64,000 nt of DNA from Oikopleura dioica (taxonomy: Eukaryota; Animalia; Chordata). Where the stretch lies: assembly GCA_907165135.1 (NCBI GenBank), contig OU015567.1, positions 6,014,001 through 6,078,000 on the forward strand. The letters are read 5' to 3'. Positions 1 to 13,965 of the stretch are shown here, piece after piece. The stretch's first letter is position 1; each line of letters starts with the position of its first letter. The notes beneath the pieces were generated by a model. That model had not been told where the DNA came from and did not search any database. It worked only from the letters and a program-made list of their open reading frames with translations. The position numbers and the translations under genes are program-made.

Positions 1-3000
1 GAATAATGAAGACGCGCCTTATCCAAGTTGTCAAAACGGACATCGTAATTATTATAAAAATACCAAAAGGCCGAAAATCGAAACAAAAAATAGAAAACGA
101 GAAACTAATTTTTCTAAAAATCGGCAAAATTCAAAACCCGGTTTCGAAAGAAAGAATTTTAAAAATAGAAAATTAAATCTGATAAGGCCGTTTGATCAAA
201 AACTAGAAATCCTGCTAAGAAAACCTGAGTCAGGAATTGAAGGAGCTTCTTTTCAAATCCTGACTCAGGTTTTCTACACGGCATGGTGTCTGGAACCGAC
301 AAAAAATTTCGACAGATTTTGCGTGGGCGGCTACTCGGCTGCTGATTGGCCGGTTTGCCGAATCCAGGCTTCTGATTGGCTGAAAATTTCCACGCAAAAT
401 TTGTCGACATTTTTTGTCGGTTCCAGACACTATACAGTTTAGTCTATACTGTGTAGAAAACCTGAGTCAGGATTTCAAAAAGCTGTTTCGAATTCTGACT
501 CAGGTTTTCTAAACAGGTTGCCAAGCCTTGATCAAAAACACTTTTTTTAAAGGACGGCAATTTTGACACACTCGAGAGTTGAAAAACTCAGTTTCAATTT
601 GAAAAAGCTCAATATTTTGATTCTGTTGGAGCATTTCGATAAAAATCAAAACTTTTGGCACTTGAATCCGGAGATCGCTTCGAGTGTTGCCCCGTCATTT
701 ACCGACCAATACCGGCCAATTTGGCTAAACACTAGAACAGGCCTGTAATTGCTCAGAATAACAGAAACATCAGCAAATAGTAGTATTTCAAATTGAGGTT
801 GATTTTCCCGCAAATTTTTGCCATTTTTAATCATTTTTTTAATTTTCATTTTTTTATATTAAATTTTTGCGAATATATTAAATTTTTGCGTTTTTGCGGT
901 AAATTATCATGTTGGGACTGGTTCCAATGATTATTGCGACTTTGGATATTTTTTATGCAGTTTTGGAGGCAATTTACAATTTTCCGCCTCATTATTGTCC
1001 CTGAGCCGACAACTCTGGCAGATATCGAGATATCTATTTTCTACCCGCAATCGCCGGTGATTATTTGTCCCACTGATTAGCGGACTATTAGCTAAGATAG
1101 AAGTTAGCTAAAATGACTTTCCAACGAGTCCCAAGGTCGATAACTTTGCGGCTTCGTTTCAAAAAAAAAGCCGCAGCGCGGCTTCTCATTCAAGCTCCTT
1201 CAGGCCCTGACTCAGGTTTTCTGCACAGGTTTTTAATTCCAGGCCGGTTTTGTTGGCAAGTTTTTCAATTCCGAAATTCCAAAACTGCAAAATTTTCCAA
1301 TAAGTTTTGATATTTGTTATTCGCTTCACTTTGTGCCGGGATTCAGCTGCGTCCAAATATGCGCCCGTTAGAGCAGCCGCTTCACCTCCACCGCCGATTG
1401 CTTGCTGCGCGCAATCAAAAATTAATCACACTGACACCACCAAAATTACGCCACCTGCAAACTCAAAATCATGCAAAAAGAAGCAACCATACAAATTTTC
1501 AGCTAACACAAAAAAAAAATTAATCTATTTTGAAATTTCCGATTTTAGCAAAGTGATACCCTTATTTTTTTGAATCAATAAAATGTTCGGTTTTTAGTAA
1601 AAAAAATGCCAAAAGCAATGTTCGTTCTAAAACGCATATAAAATAGTAGTAAGTAACTTAGCATCTAAAATAAATGACTCGGGCTGACCTCAATCAAATA
1701 ACCAAATAACTTTTCTTCAAAGTGATTTTGTTTAGTTTTTCGGTTTTGAGTAAAAACGTGTTTTGGAAGAAAGATAAGCCGGTTACATACACAATCACTT
1801 CTACCTAAATGCAGTTCTAGCGCCCGAATCGAGCTTCTTTCTTTTAAAAATGCGGAATTGGCAGATTTGCCGATTCATTATTTTTCATTTTGCGGTGAAT
1901 TTTTAATTGATTTTGATTGACAATCAAATTTGAAGGTAAATCTGGATATTGACAAGAAGCCACGCCTCATATCAAAAAAGCCACCTGTAAAGCATAACTA
2001 CTCTTAATTTTTAATTGTTAGCAGTTTCCATTTGACATAAAATATTATTGAATGCTTTGCTTTATTCGATCAAAAAGGAGATAATTTCTTCAATGGAGTT
2101 TTTAGCTGAAAAAGAACAAGCTCGAATATGACTGAAAAGCGGCCTTTTAGCATAATGACACCCTTATTTTGAAGCCTTCTCTGGGCTCGGCAACCTGTGT
2201 GGAAAACCTGAGTCAGGCTTCGCGGCTTTTCAATTTTGCATTTTTGGACCTGACTCAGGTTTTCCACACAGGTTGCCTACCCCAGAGCAAGCTTCAAAAT
2301 AAGGGTGTCACAATGTTAGAAGGCCACTTTCAGTCGCATTTAACGACCCTCTCATTGAGCTTTACAATTGGGTTTATGACAGTAACACCTTTTCTAGCGC
2401 TTGAAAAGAGGTTTAGATTTGTCTTTTTGGCGAATAGTTGTCTTGATTGTGGAATTCAAAGCTCAAGTGAGTTTATCTCGGGCGCATTCGCGCAGATTTC
2501 GCGTCTATTTTTCCAAAATTCCAAATAATAGTACGAATTCCAAAGAACTTCAGCTCTTTTTCAACCCTTTTTCGGCGAGTTCTAGGGCGAAGAAATTAAT
2601 GTTGGCGCGACTTTTGGCGCATTCTATCGCCACTTTTGTGTTGTAGTTATTTCACGAATTTCAGATGTTTTACGAAATTTATTGAAAGAAAAAAAGAAAT
2701 TTTGTATCAAGAGGATTTGGGTTGTGATCCTGGTGCGACTGAAAAATGGCGCTGCGGTCGTCAGATTTTCGAGAAAAATATTTTCGCGGATTTTGGCGCG
2801 CCAGCGAGGTGTGTTGCGGAAGCCGCAGAACACACTTGTTCTTCAAACATCATCCAAAATTATTATCAAGCCAGCTTGGCGATTTTAGAATCGCGAAAAT
2901 CTTGTTTTCGCCATTTTAACCCATTTTCATCTGTTAACCAATTATTTGGCAGGGCTAAAATGAGCACTTTTGTTGGATGAGTTTCTTTCGATCGAGATTC

Positions 3001-3746
3001 TAGCCGCTTTTCAGCCGTTTTTCGACATTTTTGAGCGTGCCAATTTATTGGTAATTGAGAATGAATGGGTTAAAGTCGTAAAATCGTCGATTTCGCATTG
3101 AAAATCGCGCTAGAATTGCGTTTTTTTGCTTGAAAATGGAGTCTTTACTCGCTCAGCAATTCTAGAACGAACTGTATTCAGCGGATACAGTATTGCTTAC
3201 AGAAGTTGATTATGCTATTTTGCCGCTTTTTAAATATTAATTTGTGTGCCCAAAAAGCAAAATCTTTTTTGTTGGCGCAGCTAATTGGCGGCCCTTATCG
3301 CTTTCCCAAACAGGAATTGTTTTTCTTGTTGGGAGTGGAGGCACACCTGCCCCCGGGGCGTGCCCATCAATATTAAATCAAAGTACCTAAGAAGCTAGGC
3401 CACAATACAATACAATAAAAAGAAGGAAAATCAATGGCGATTATTTTTTCTAATTGTGGGCACTCGAGACACCGACCGGTCCCCGGCGGCTCGCCCCTTT
3501 GTAGCAGGTGCTCAGAGCATTTGGAGAAAAGGAGGGCTGCGGGGGCCAGTGGCACCGATTTCAAACAAATTTCCAAATTCTGTCAAAGACACTTTGAAAT
3601 GAAGATAATCGATTTTTAGCGAGGCCACGCTTCCGAAAGCTTTTTAAATAACACTTGTTAGTTTGGAAATCAAATTGACGAGTTCTTGACAGCCCAGGCT
3701 CTCAGCTGTCTGACAGACTGTCTGACAGACGAATCATTAATTAGAG

Positions 3747-4893
3747 GGGAGTTTCCTTACATGGTACAAATCCTTACATGGTACATTTCCTTACAAGGTA
3801 CAAAATCCTTACATGGTACAAAAATCAAATTGTACCATGTAAGGAATTGTACCAGGTAAGGAAATCTACCATGTAAGGATTTTTGTACCAGCTAAGGAAA
3901 TTCAAAATAAAAAAATTTTAAATAATAAAAATCGACACATTCAGCCAAAACAGAATTCTACCTTACCCCCCTATTGAGCATATTTTTTACTTCAAAAAAA
4001 TTTTTTTTTATTATAGTTTCGTATTTGTTCTCAATTTTTAGAGACACTTATAAGTGGTCGGGTCAAGTGTCGGTGCCGATTACCAGGGATCTAATTTTTT
4101 TCGCGAAAATCCCAATTTTCGGTGTTTTTTGCGTCGCAATAGCAATTCGTTTTCGGCAAAAATTTTGATCCCTGCCGATTACCCTTTTTCAAGGTCGGGT
4201 CGGGTCAGGTTATTTTAAAATGGCCAGAATCATGGTCGGGTTGGGTCGGGACGGGTCGGCCTTTTGGATACTTTTTTTTAAATATGGATGATTTTAACCC
4301 CCATCGGCCAAAATGTCTATTTTGTCTATATGGACATGTCGATTTAGAAACAATTTTTTCGAAGTTTTCGATAAATAATTTATTAATCAAGAAGTGGCGT
4401 GCAAATTTATCGTTCTAACGCACATGCCATGTATGAAACTCTATAATTCTAACGCGAAGTCACTATTTTGATTGTAATATTTTCAGAATTGCGCAATCAA
4501 AAACCGACCGAAAATCGGACCCGACCGACCCAACCGACCACGGATTTTGCCATTTTTTGTAAGGGCTACACTTTAAAACATCGACTTACCATCGACCAAC
4601 CGACTAAAACGAGTGTCGGAGAGTTCAATTTTGAGTAAATACGAAAATAATGAAAATAAAATTTTGAAAATGAAAATTTATGCTCGATTGGGGGTCGAGT
4701 AGAATAATGTTTTGAGTAAATGTGTCAATTTTTGTTTTTGAAAATTTCTATTTCGAATTTCCTTACATGGTACAAAAATCCTTACATAGTACAAAATCCT
4801 TACATGGTACAATTTTATTTTTGTACCATGTAAGGAAATGTACCATGTAAGGAAATGTACCATGTAAGGATCTGTACCATGTAAGGAAACCCC
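3747..4893. mobile_element. 1.15-kb non-autonomous TIR element with 8-bp TSD and subterminal CCTTACATGGTACA repeat arrays
   Basis: Ends GGGAGTTTCCTTACATGGTACA / TGTACCATGTAAGGAAACCCC; TSD AATTAGAG at 3739-46 and 4894-4901. Confidence 0.85.
4084..4174. mobile_element. 91-bp hAT-type MITE nested in the 3747-4893 element
   Basis: CAGGGATC...GATCCCTG ends; perfect 8-bp TSD CCGATTAC (4076-83, 4175-82). Confidence 0.88.
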
Positions 4894-5666
4894 AATTAGA
4901 GGCTACTGCTGAAGTTAACTGAAATTGGTAATGCAAGTTCAGGCTAGTGTAGAAAACCTGAGTCAGGGTCTGAAATCTCTCAAATGAAAAGCCGCACAGC
5001 GGCTTTTTCAAAAAACGAAGCCGCGAATCGGCTTCACCAGATTACTTTTTCATAAATTCTAGAAGTTCTGGCGAAGCCGCTTCGCGGCTTCGTTTTCAAA
5101 AAAGCCGCTACGCGGCTTTTCATTTGAGATATTTCAGACCCTGACTCAGGTTTTCTACTCAGCGAGCTTTAACCCATCGCCGTGAGAGCTACAGTGGTTG
5201 GCTCCCAATCAAAGGGTAATTATCAACAAGCTACAAGACGTTTTGCGGTGGTCGAAAATGAAGCTCTTCAAAATTGCTCGCCGCGCCGCGATAAAGCAAA
5301 TTTTCAAATTTGGGAAAAAATTTTCATTTCGAATCGGTTTTGATAAACGACCGCAGAGCGGGAGAGCGTTTCCGATTTTCACACACCGCTAATTATTTGT
5401 AACAAAAATGATAACGGCCCGGTCGAACATTCTTTTTTTTTCGTATGTAGAAGTGGAGTTCCATCCGCTCTCAGAAGCGCCTTATCAATTTGAGGCTTCT
5501 TTTTTCGAAAAAAATGATTCAGAAGTTTTGACTTAAATTCATAAATTGTCTACCAGACAGTCTGATAGACACCTGAACGAGTAAGAGTTGATTTTTATCG
5601 CCCTTGTTCCTCAGGGGGTTAAAAAAGTAGGAACATCTGTATATTGTCAAAAATTGGCATTTTTAA

Positions 5667-5799
5667 CCTATTCCCGTCTAAAAACCAATCTGTTGGCTTT
5701 TTGAAGCAGAGAAGTTTGTTATCTCTTCATGATCGTTACAAAAATAACACTCTTTTATGCTTCAAAAAGCCAACAAATTGACATTTTCACCGCGATAGG
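5667..5799. mobile_element. piggyBac-like MITE
   Basis: TTAA flanks on both sides, CCTAT...ATAGG ends, internal inverted TGTTGGCTTTTTGAAGCA. Confidence 0.7.
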
Positions 5800-8700
5800 T
5801 TAAAAATGGCCACTTCCGCGTCAGGGGGTTAAAATTAAAGTAAGCAAAAGTAGCATCTGTATATTGTTAAAAAAGAGGAAGGGAGACCACTAAGTGTTGT
5901 AAATTGTTGCACCTCGGCGGGTGCTTATCGCCCTTTGCACCGCGGGACAGCTTCGAGCTCAAAACAACAATTAGCGAATTGATAACCCGAAAAGCGAAAA
6001 AAACTAACTTCCAAAAACGCAACAAAGATAGCAAAAAAAGGCTGTGAGAAGGTAATGAGACGCTTTCGGCGTTTTCGCGGCGGAGTTAATAATCAAGCCG
6101 CCGAGATTTTGGATTTGAAGGCGAGTCAATTTTTAATCAGTAAGTGAGATGATCTGTTGTTGTGTTGTGTTCGTTCGGGAGCTTCTTCTTGCTCCGTGCT
6201 TCATGAATTCGCAATTTCGACAATTTATGTATTTCGCTGTTTGTAAATAATACAGCACTGAATACACTCAAATCACCCCCTTTAGAATCACAATCTCAAT
6301 CAGACCTTCCACCATTCAAGAAAAAAGAGACGCATATTTTCTTGAGAAATTTCAATTTTAGGAAAACTGTTGAAATCTTACTGTAAGTAGATATTTCAAA
6401 CCAATGCCCAACATGGAAAATTTAACCCTTTCGGACAAATCGACCAATATTTTGGCAGAAAATCGGGAACTGGGCTCGGCAACCTGTGTAGAAAACCTGA
6501 CTCAGGGACCCTGAGTCAGGGTGTGAATGGGTAAATGAAAAGCCGCGTCGCGGCTTTTTTATTATATTCGAAGCCGCGCGCGGCTTTTTTAATTATTTTT
6601 TAAAACGCTAAATTAGCGAAAAGTTCGCAACTAGAACGAATGGTGTTTCTATTTTTCGCCTTTCCAAGCCGACCAAACTCCGAAATCGTAATTTTCCTTC
6701 AGAGTCAGTTTCCGTCCATTTTTGTTGGTTAATTTTGACATAATTTGAGATGATCCGAGGCGAACCGAATTTCGCAGCGTGAAATCTGCGCTAGAACGTT
6801 TTTGCAAAAAACTGCGGTCGAGTGGAAATAAACTGCGGCATTCGGCGGTCAAAATGAAATCCCAAATTCCACAATTAGCGCCCGGCCAAGCGCCGCCATT
6901 GTTTTTAATTTCAGCGCAACAATTCCTCTAGAACTAGGAACAACCGCCGCCACCGACCGTTTTACATCCATCCATCAACTGGTCATTTTTAGGATTTTCG
7001 GATTATAAAAGGGCCTTCTTCAAGCTGGGCTTGTCACCCTGTGTTGAAAACCTGAATCAGGATCTAAAAGATCATAAATGAATTGATTGGGTGCAAAATT
7101 TGAAAACCAAAATTTTCAGCGAATCTGAAAAATTGATTTTGGGTTAAGAATTTTTATTTATTAGAATTATTTACAATTTTTAAAATAAATTGAATTATAA
7201 AAACTTAGCTCAAGAGACTGTTCTGAATAAGCCAGAAAAAGGCGGAAATATTTGGAAAAATATTTGAGTGTGGCTTTTAAATTTGTGTTGTGCTGCTGAA
7301 TTCATTACCGGTTGGAGGTCGTTTGACCCCGGACAACTCAAACGGCGCAAAACATGCAAAGACGGGGCGGGCAAAGAATTTGGGGAAAATATTTCGCCTC
7401 GTCCTTTTGTATTCCAGCGCTGGCGCATTTTCTATTTTTCAAATAATAATTTATGGATACCTCCCTCTTTTTGATGCTAAGCGCAAAATAGTAGCTAATG
7501 GGCATTTTTAATTACATTTGTATTTAAAAGTTTTATCTTCTTTGATATCTTGGCGTCGGTTAACCGCGGTAACATCCGACCGGACGGCAGGGAAAAAGAC
7601 ATAATTATAAATACTTTGGTGGAGATGCACAAAGTGATAAAACAACCAGCCTTCTGTACCATCTAAAAACATCAATTTTTCTTATCACCCCATTTTCTCC
7701 ATTTTCTGCTCGAATCGGACTTGCGAAATGAATTCGCGAATTCTTGCTCTTGCGCAGGTAAATGTATGCATCTTTTCTTTTGAAGACGCGAGATTTCGAG
7801 GAGGGCTTTGGGGAATTGTGCGTTTTGTATAAAAATTTACAAAATGGCCGATCAAACGTCCGGATCTCCGCCGCCGCCGCGCTCCGGCTCTTATCAGCAC
7901 AAAGTGCCTTTTTTGAGCCAGGCACACAATTCCAGAGAACAAAAGCAAAATCGCAATACGTGTGTATATTATCGTCTCGCGACAGTTCCGTCAGTTCGAT
8001 CTTTTTTTAACTTTGGGACCCAAAGTTTGGGTGATGAATTTCAATAACATTCTTTACTATTTATGCTAGTATGATGGGCTCGGCAACCTGTGTTGCAACC
8101 CTGAGTCAGGGTCTGAAAGATTTCATAGCGGCTTCGCAAAAATCACCCTCCCGGCTAATTATCAATTAGTTTGCGGCTTTATTTAAATTTTATTCAATTT
8201 TAAGATTTTTTATTGGCTTAAATATCATCCTACTAATAGAATTGGCTGTTTGATTATTTTGACCAATAAGAATTCAAAATCTGAGGCGCCAAATTTGAAA
8301 ACCAAAATTTCCCGCGAAAGCCAAAAAATGTTTTTGGGCTAGATTTTTTATTTGTTTGTTCGTTCTGTTTGAAATGTACAGTAACAAAAACAGTAACTGA
8401 GGGAAAAAGAGAAGTGTGACATATTTGTTGATCGTCTATTCTGTCGACCTTTGTGGCAGACTAATCAGCTTTTTCCCGGCTTATTGTCGGCTCTGGCACT
8501 TTTTGATTTTATTTAGTGGCTATTGATAAGTGCCAGTGGTGATCAGCGCGAGGTCACCTGCCGAGCCGGGGCTTATCCGCCGCTGAGCAACTATGGCCAA
8601 ATATGCGCCGCAAATCATTATATATTTTTCCAGGCGGCGCTATTTTTGAGAAAATACCCCGCCACGATCATTTTTCCATTTATATACAAGTTGACATATA

Positions 8701-11700
8701 AATAGGCGTATTGACGTAGCGAGATTGACCCACCGGTCAGCCAAAAATAATTTCCAAACAAAAATTTTATTTTCATTAAAGACAATCTTCGCAAAGCAAA
8801 AGTTGTCCTCCGCTCGGCGGGAGACGCTTCTTTCGAAATTGCTCTCTTATCACTTCCTGCTGCGTGAGAGGCAATAATTTATTTAAATACTCGACCAGTC
8901 ATGTGATAAGACGGAGATCCTAACATGTATTTGGTATTTGCCGACCGCACTGATTCCCATTTACCATTCCTCTGGTGGCATGCCGAGCCTTATCGGTAAA
9001 AAGAAATGCGCTGCTTTTTTCTTATCAATTCATTTTTTATGACTACCACGTAGTTGCACTCAATTTGGTTCAGTTACAGTCGTTTTTTGAGGCAAAAATG
9101 ACCTGTTATCAGTTTGATAAGAGCTGATAAGCTATTGATAAGAAATATAAGCTACAGTCATTATAAGTTATAATTTATAACTGTTATCGAAATACAGTAA
9201 TTGAAAGATTGAAGTGTATATTTTTTGATAAAAGAAAGAGCTTTTGCTGATAAGACTTGGTAGAAATCAGACTGGCGATTTGAAGCTGGCCGAGCTGATT
9301 GGTTGTTTGTTTGTTGCTTGGTGGTGGCGCCCTTTCAAGATGCACTTTGTTTGTGCGCCAAGCGCGCCCCCTACTTTATCGTGTTGTTTCGCCAAATTAG
9401 ACAAATTGATCGATTTTTCGCGCTTTCTGTAATTGACTGTGGTCAAGTGGCGGCCGGCCACCTTGAGCGGATTAGGTACCAACAGCTCTGGAATCCTGCA
9501 AAAACAGAAACACGGGCATACAATTTCGTATTTTTTGCTTCATCCATCAAAAAGGGGGCGGAGAGAGGGTTTTGTAATTTTACGAAATCGACACCAACAA
9601 TTCAAGCACAACAAGAATAATGACAAATGCGCCGGCGACCACTTAAGGGTTTACCCCCAAATGGATTCAGTTACGTTTTGACGCTAACACTCGAAAAGTT
9701 GATTGATGGCAAAACTAGTGGCGGACGACTTATACGCTACCCAGAGTAGATTTGTCTGGAGATAAATGAAGTTGTTTAATTTTGAGATGCCATCTCATAT
9801 CGAAAAGTATAATTTCCATTTATCTTGGGACGGATGATAAAAATCAAATTCTTCTACGTAAACAATAATTAAATACGAAACAAAGAATCTTATGTCGATC
9901 AAAAGTAGTCTGATCGAACGACTACTCAGATGAAACAGAAAAGCCGCCTGCGGCTTTGAGCCGAAAAAGACAAAATCGCGGGAAGCGCGGCTTTTCTTCT
10001 TTAAAAGCCGCAAGTGGCTTCTCAATCCTTACAATACAAAAGAGACGAGAAGCCGCTTGCGGCTACGAGAAAATGTGTGGAAAAAAGCCGCGCTTTGTGC
10101 GACTTTGTCTTTTTTTGACTCAAAGCTGCAAGCGGCTTTTTCATTTTCTTTCATAGTAAAAAGGAATCTCAAATTTTAGTAGGAGAAAATTTATTTTCAA
10201 AAAGGGGTTTTCTTGAGCGTCCCTTTCTTTATCGGCGAAAACGTCGGAGAAAGAAGGTTGTGTAATTAGCGGCGGTGCGCGGGACCTGCGCGGCGGCGAT
10301 GAGCGCTCGGCTTGGGAGGAGGTGGCGCTCGAGTGCGCGTTCCTCCGCCAAAGGAGGGAGCTGCTCCCCAGCGCAGCACACACAGAGCCTGATTAGACAC
10401 AAATTAACAAGCACAATTACCGCAAATAAAGAACCAAAACCAGACATATATACACACAGCACCTGTTTTTTCGAGAGCTAAGAAAGAAGAGGAGTTATCG
10501 ATAAGAACAAAAAGTATGTATAGAAAAAACGATAAACAGGGGGAGCTTCTTATCGTTTATCAGCACAAGCATTTGTCCAGGCTCTTGTTTTTTGGCAACA
10601 GTAGGAAAAAGAAAGCTTTACTGAAATTTTTAAGGAGAAAAAGCGAAAAGGAAATCGAGAAGAGAGAAGAGAATTACTATTATGCCCTGACGCCTTGTTT
10701 ATGGACCAGGTGAGCAGCAACTTGGATTATTTTTGGTTCACGTTCGCAGCAGATTTTGAACAATTATTGTTATGGAGGGATTGTATTCAAGTGCATAATT
10801 TTATTATACCCGCGCCGCTTTTGGGCTAAACACGCTCTGAACAACTCGGTTTTGCAATTTTGACCGGTCTTACTCTAGAGCCAAAAATGAAATAAGAGGG
10901 TGACACCCTTAATTTTTGCCTCGAAGAAAATTTCGGGACGTTTTTCTTCAAATTTTTAATAAAATTATTTTTCAAATTAATAAATTTCGACTCGAAAAAC
11001 GACAGAAAAAGGCTCAAACTTTTTCTTCGAAAATAAAATAAGGGTGTCACCATGAAAACAAAAAATTAACTTGCCTCGAAAACAGAGTCCGAGCTGCTTA
11101 AAATGAACCGAAATAGTCTCGGCTCTAGAATCATTCGATTTTTCTAAAACTCAAAATTGAAATAGAATTATATTGATTACAATTTTGTAAATCATAATTA
11201 TTGTCGAACAAGTTCGTCTTCTTTTATTTTCCCGCAAGCAGACTAAAACGCTTTTTCCAAGCGCAATTACAATATTTTCGACATAACTTCGTATCAAAAT
11301 ATAATTTGTTTATATACAATGCTGCTTTTTTCTAGTTTGTAGCTGCGTAAATAACACGACTCCCATCAGAAATCATGTAAAAACAATATTGTCGATACAA
11401 GGCGAGAAAACAGCATTTTTCTAGCAAAAAGGGCGCTCTTGAAACTTGAAAATTAAAAGAGCGCGAAATTTGTTGTTTCCTTGCGCATTTTTATTTTTAA
11501 AGAAAAAAGGCGCAAAATTGAAAATTTAAATTTATCAAATTTGTTGGCAGCGGTGGCTATTTGCGCTAGAAAACCTCAAAACTGAGTCCCATATGTCGGT
11601 CCCGACCGCGCATAAACTAGCGATACGAATCGCGTAGCCAAAGTTTTTTCATAAAGAAAAACAAAAACTCCGTAATCCAAAAACACGGCCGATTTTCCAG

Positions 11701-12930
11701 CTCCGTATTTAGTACTCTTCCCAAGTCACAAATAATCGCCCAGTAAAATCCCCCAGAAGCGGAAACCAAACTGGTTAAGCGAAAACTTCCGGGATTTCAA
11801 ACCTCAAAAAGGAAGAAAGAAGGAAAAAAGTTTCATCGCGAAAATCAAAAAATAAAAAGTAACAGTATTTTTTCGGAAAAAACACTACATTGTATTTGTA
11901 TCGGTAGGGCTATTTGGCATATAGAATTTCGACTAAGCGCCTTTTACGTATCAGATTGTTTGTTGCGCCGGGTTTAAATTGGTTAATTCGATAATTCGAA
12001 GCTTCAACACTGTATTTTTCCGCGCTTGAGCTCGGAAGCCTGTGTCAAAAACCTGAGTCAGGAGCTGAAATCTGCGCTTCAAAACCTGTATAGAAAACCT
12101 GAGTCAGGGTCAGAAGCTAGGCGGCTTTTCATTGAATCTTCTAGCTCCTGAGGAGTCCTGACTCAGGTTTTCTACACAGATGCGGAGCGCAGATTTCAGG
12201 CCCTGACTCAGGCTTTTGACACAGGTTGCCGTGTCGAAAACTTGCTTTCTCGCTCTTTTTCCTGGAAAACGGTGTTAATACCCCGCGGAAGATATTTTGG
12301 CGAAAATAAAAATATTTTATTTATTTGAAGATTTATTTTCGTATACCGCTTGGAAAATATACAACACAAGAGTTCTCCCTTCGAGAAGTCGCGGTTTGAT
12401 CCCTCCTGCGCACTTGTAGCCAAAATAAATTACAGTTTTTTCGAAAACAATTTTAAGTACTTTTCCAAATAAAAATTCCTCTCCCGTGTTTTTTTTTCGC
12501 AAAATTCTGAAATTATTTTTTTGAAATTTGAAAATTTGATTTTAAATATTCGATTTTGAAAATTTGATTTTTAATTTTCGAATTTCGAGTTTTCGAGCTG
12601 AGATTTTTTATTTTCATAATAATATTTATTTTTTACGATGATGTTGTTTGATGTTTGTCGTCGGCGCTTTTGCTTTGATCATATTTTGTCGGATAAAACC
12701 GCGATTAAGCCTGGCGCTACTAATCTGATTCGAAACCTAAAATATCAGTTTGTCCCCTCCAGTTTTTGTTGACATTGTCTGACCTTCAGTAACTTTGCTG
12801 TGTTTTTATCGAGCTGCTATTTAGGCCACATTTGGGCGATTTTACGCCGCCGAGTTAAAATTAAATCAACTTGGATTATTTTAGTCCGAGCCTGTTTCAT
12901 CAGACAAGTAAAAAGTATTAAAAATTTTAA

Positions 12931-13112
12931 CCTTATCACGCGCATTGACCAATAATTTGGCAAACAATAAAGGTTGAAAAGCCGCTTGCGGCTTCGAGTA
13001 AAATACAACATGAGCCGCGCAAAGCGCGGCTTTTTCAATTTTTACTCGAAGCCGCAAGCGACTTTTCGATCTTTATTGTTTGCCAAATAATTGGTCAATG
13101 CGCGAGAACGGG
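12931..13112. mobile_element. piggyBac-like MITE carrying the AAGCCGC/GCGGCTT palindrome core
   Basis: TTAA|CC...GG|TTAA; arms CGCGCATTGACCAATAATTTGGCAAACAATAAAG. Confidence 0.8.
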
Positions 13113-13783
13113 TTAAAAATAATTTTCAATGAAGGTTCTTGGATCTTCTTTGTTTGACACTTTTGAGTCAAAAAGTTTTTGACCATCATCGAGGATCAAA
13201 GGTATTTATCGACACTTGGGCCAAGTATGTGACCTCAAGTGACCCCGCACAACCTTGGCATGGGCAGTGATAAGGGGAGCCACTCAAGATGAAACAGGGG
13301 CACAAAGGAGGCACGTGACTACTGCTGTGTGTTTATCTGGCGGCGATTGCGTCGGCTGAGAGTTAAACAGGTTGTCATTTTTATTAATATTTTGCGCCCG
13401 TCCAAATAATTTGTGTCCCGCGCTAAAACTCAGCCGACAGCTCGAAAATATGCGCCTATGCTCCGAAGAAAATATCAAATTAAAAACATTGCTAAAAATG
13501 AAAATTGCGGCTGTTAAGGATTTCGCGTCGGGTCCTCGCAAATATCCGGAGATTAACCTTTTCACAAGTGCATTTCACGCGGCCAAAGAAATAAGTAAAT
13601 AATGCGCCGTTCGCAGTGAAAAGTATGTTGCGCTAGAAAATGCAACAAATCCCCTCCGCGAGTTTCTAAAGCCCGATTACCGTAACCATTCAAAATCTTT
13701 ATTCTCGACGATAATATCAACCAATCAATATCATTTTGAACGGCCTTTTATCGGGCAAGTGATCAGTATCAAAAAAATTTTAA

Positions 13784-13965
13784 CCCATTTTCGCGCATTG
13801 ACCAAAAATTTGGCAAACAATAAAGATCGAGAAGCGGCTTGCGGCTTCGAGTAAAATTATGAAAAGCCGCGCTATGCGCGGCTCATGTTATATTTTAATC
13901 AAAGCTGCAAGCGGCTTCTCGATCTTTATTGTTTGCCAAATTTTTGGTCGAAGCGCGAAAATAGG
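13784..13965. mobile_element. piggyBac-like MITE, same family as 12931-13112
   Basis: TTAA at 13780-83 and 13966-69; same arms and core. Confidence 0.8.
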
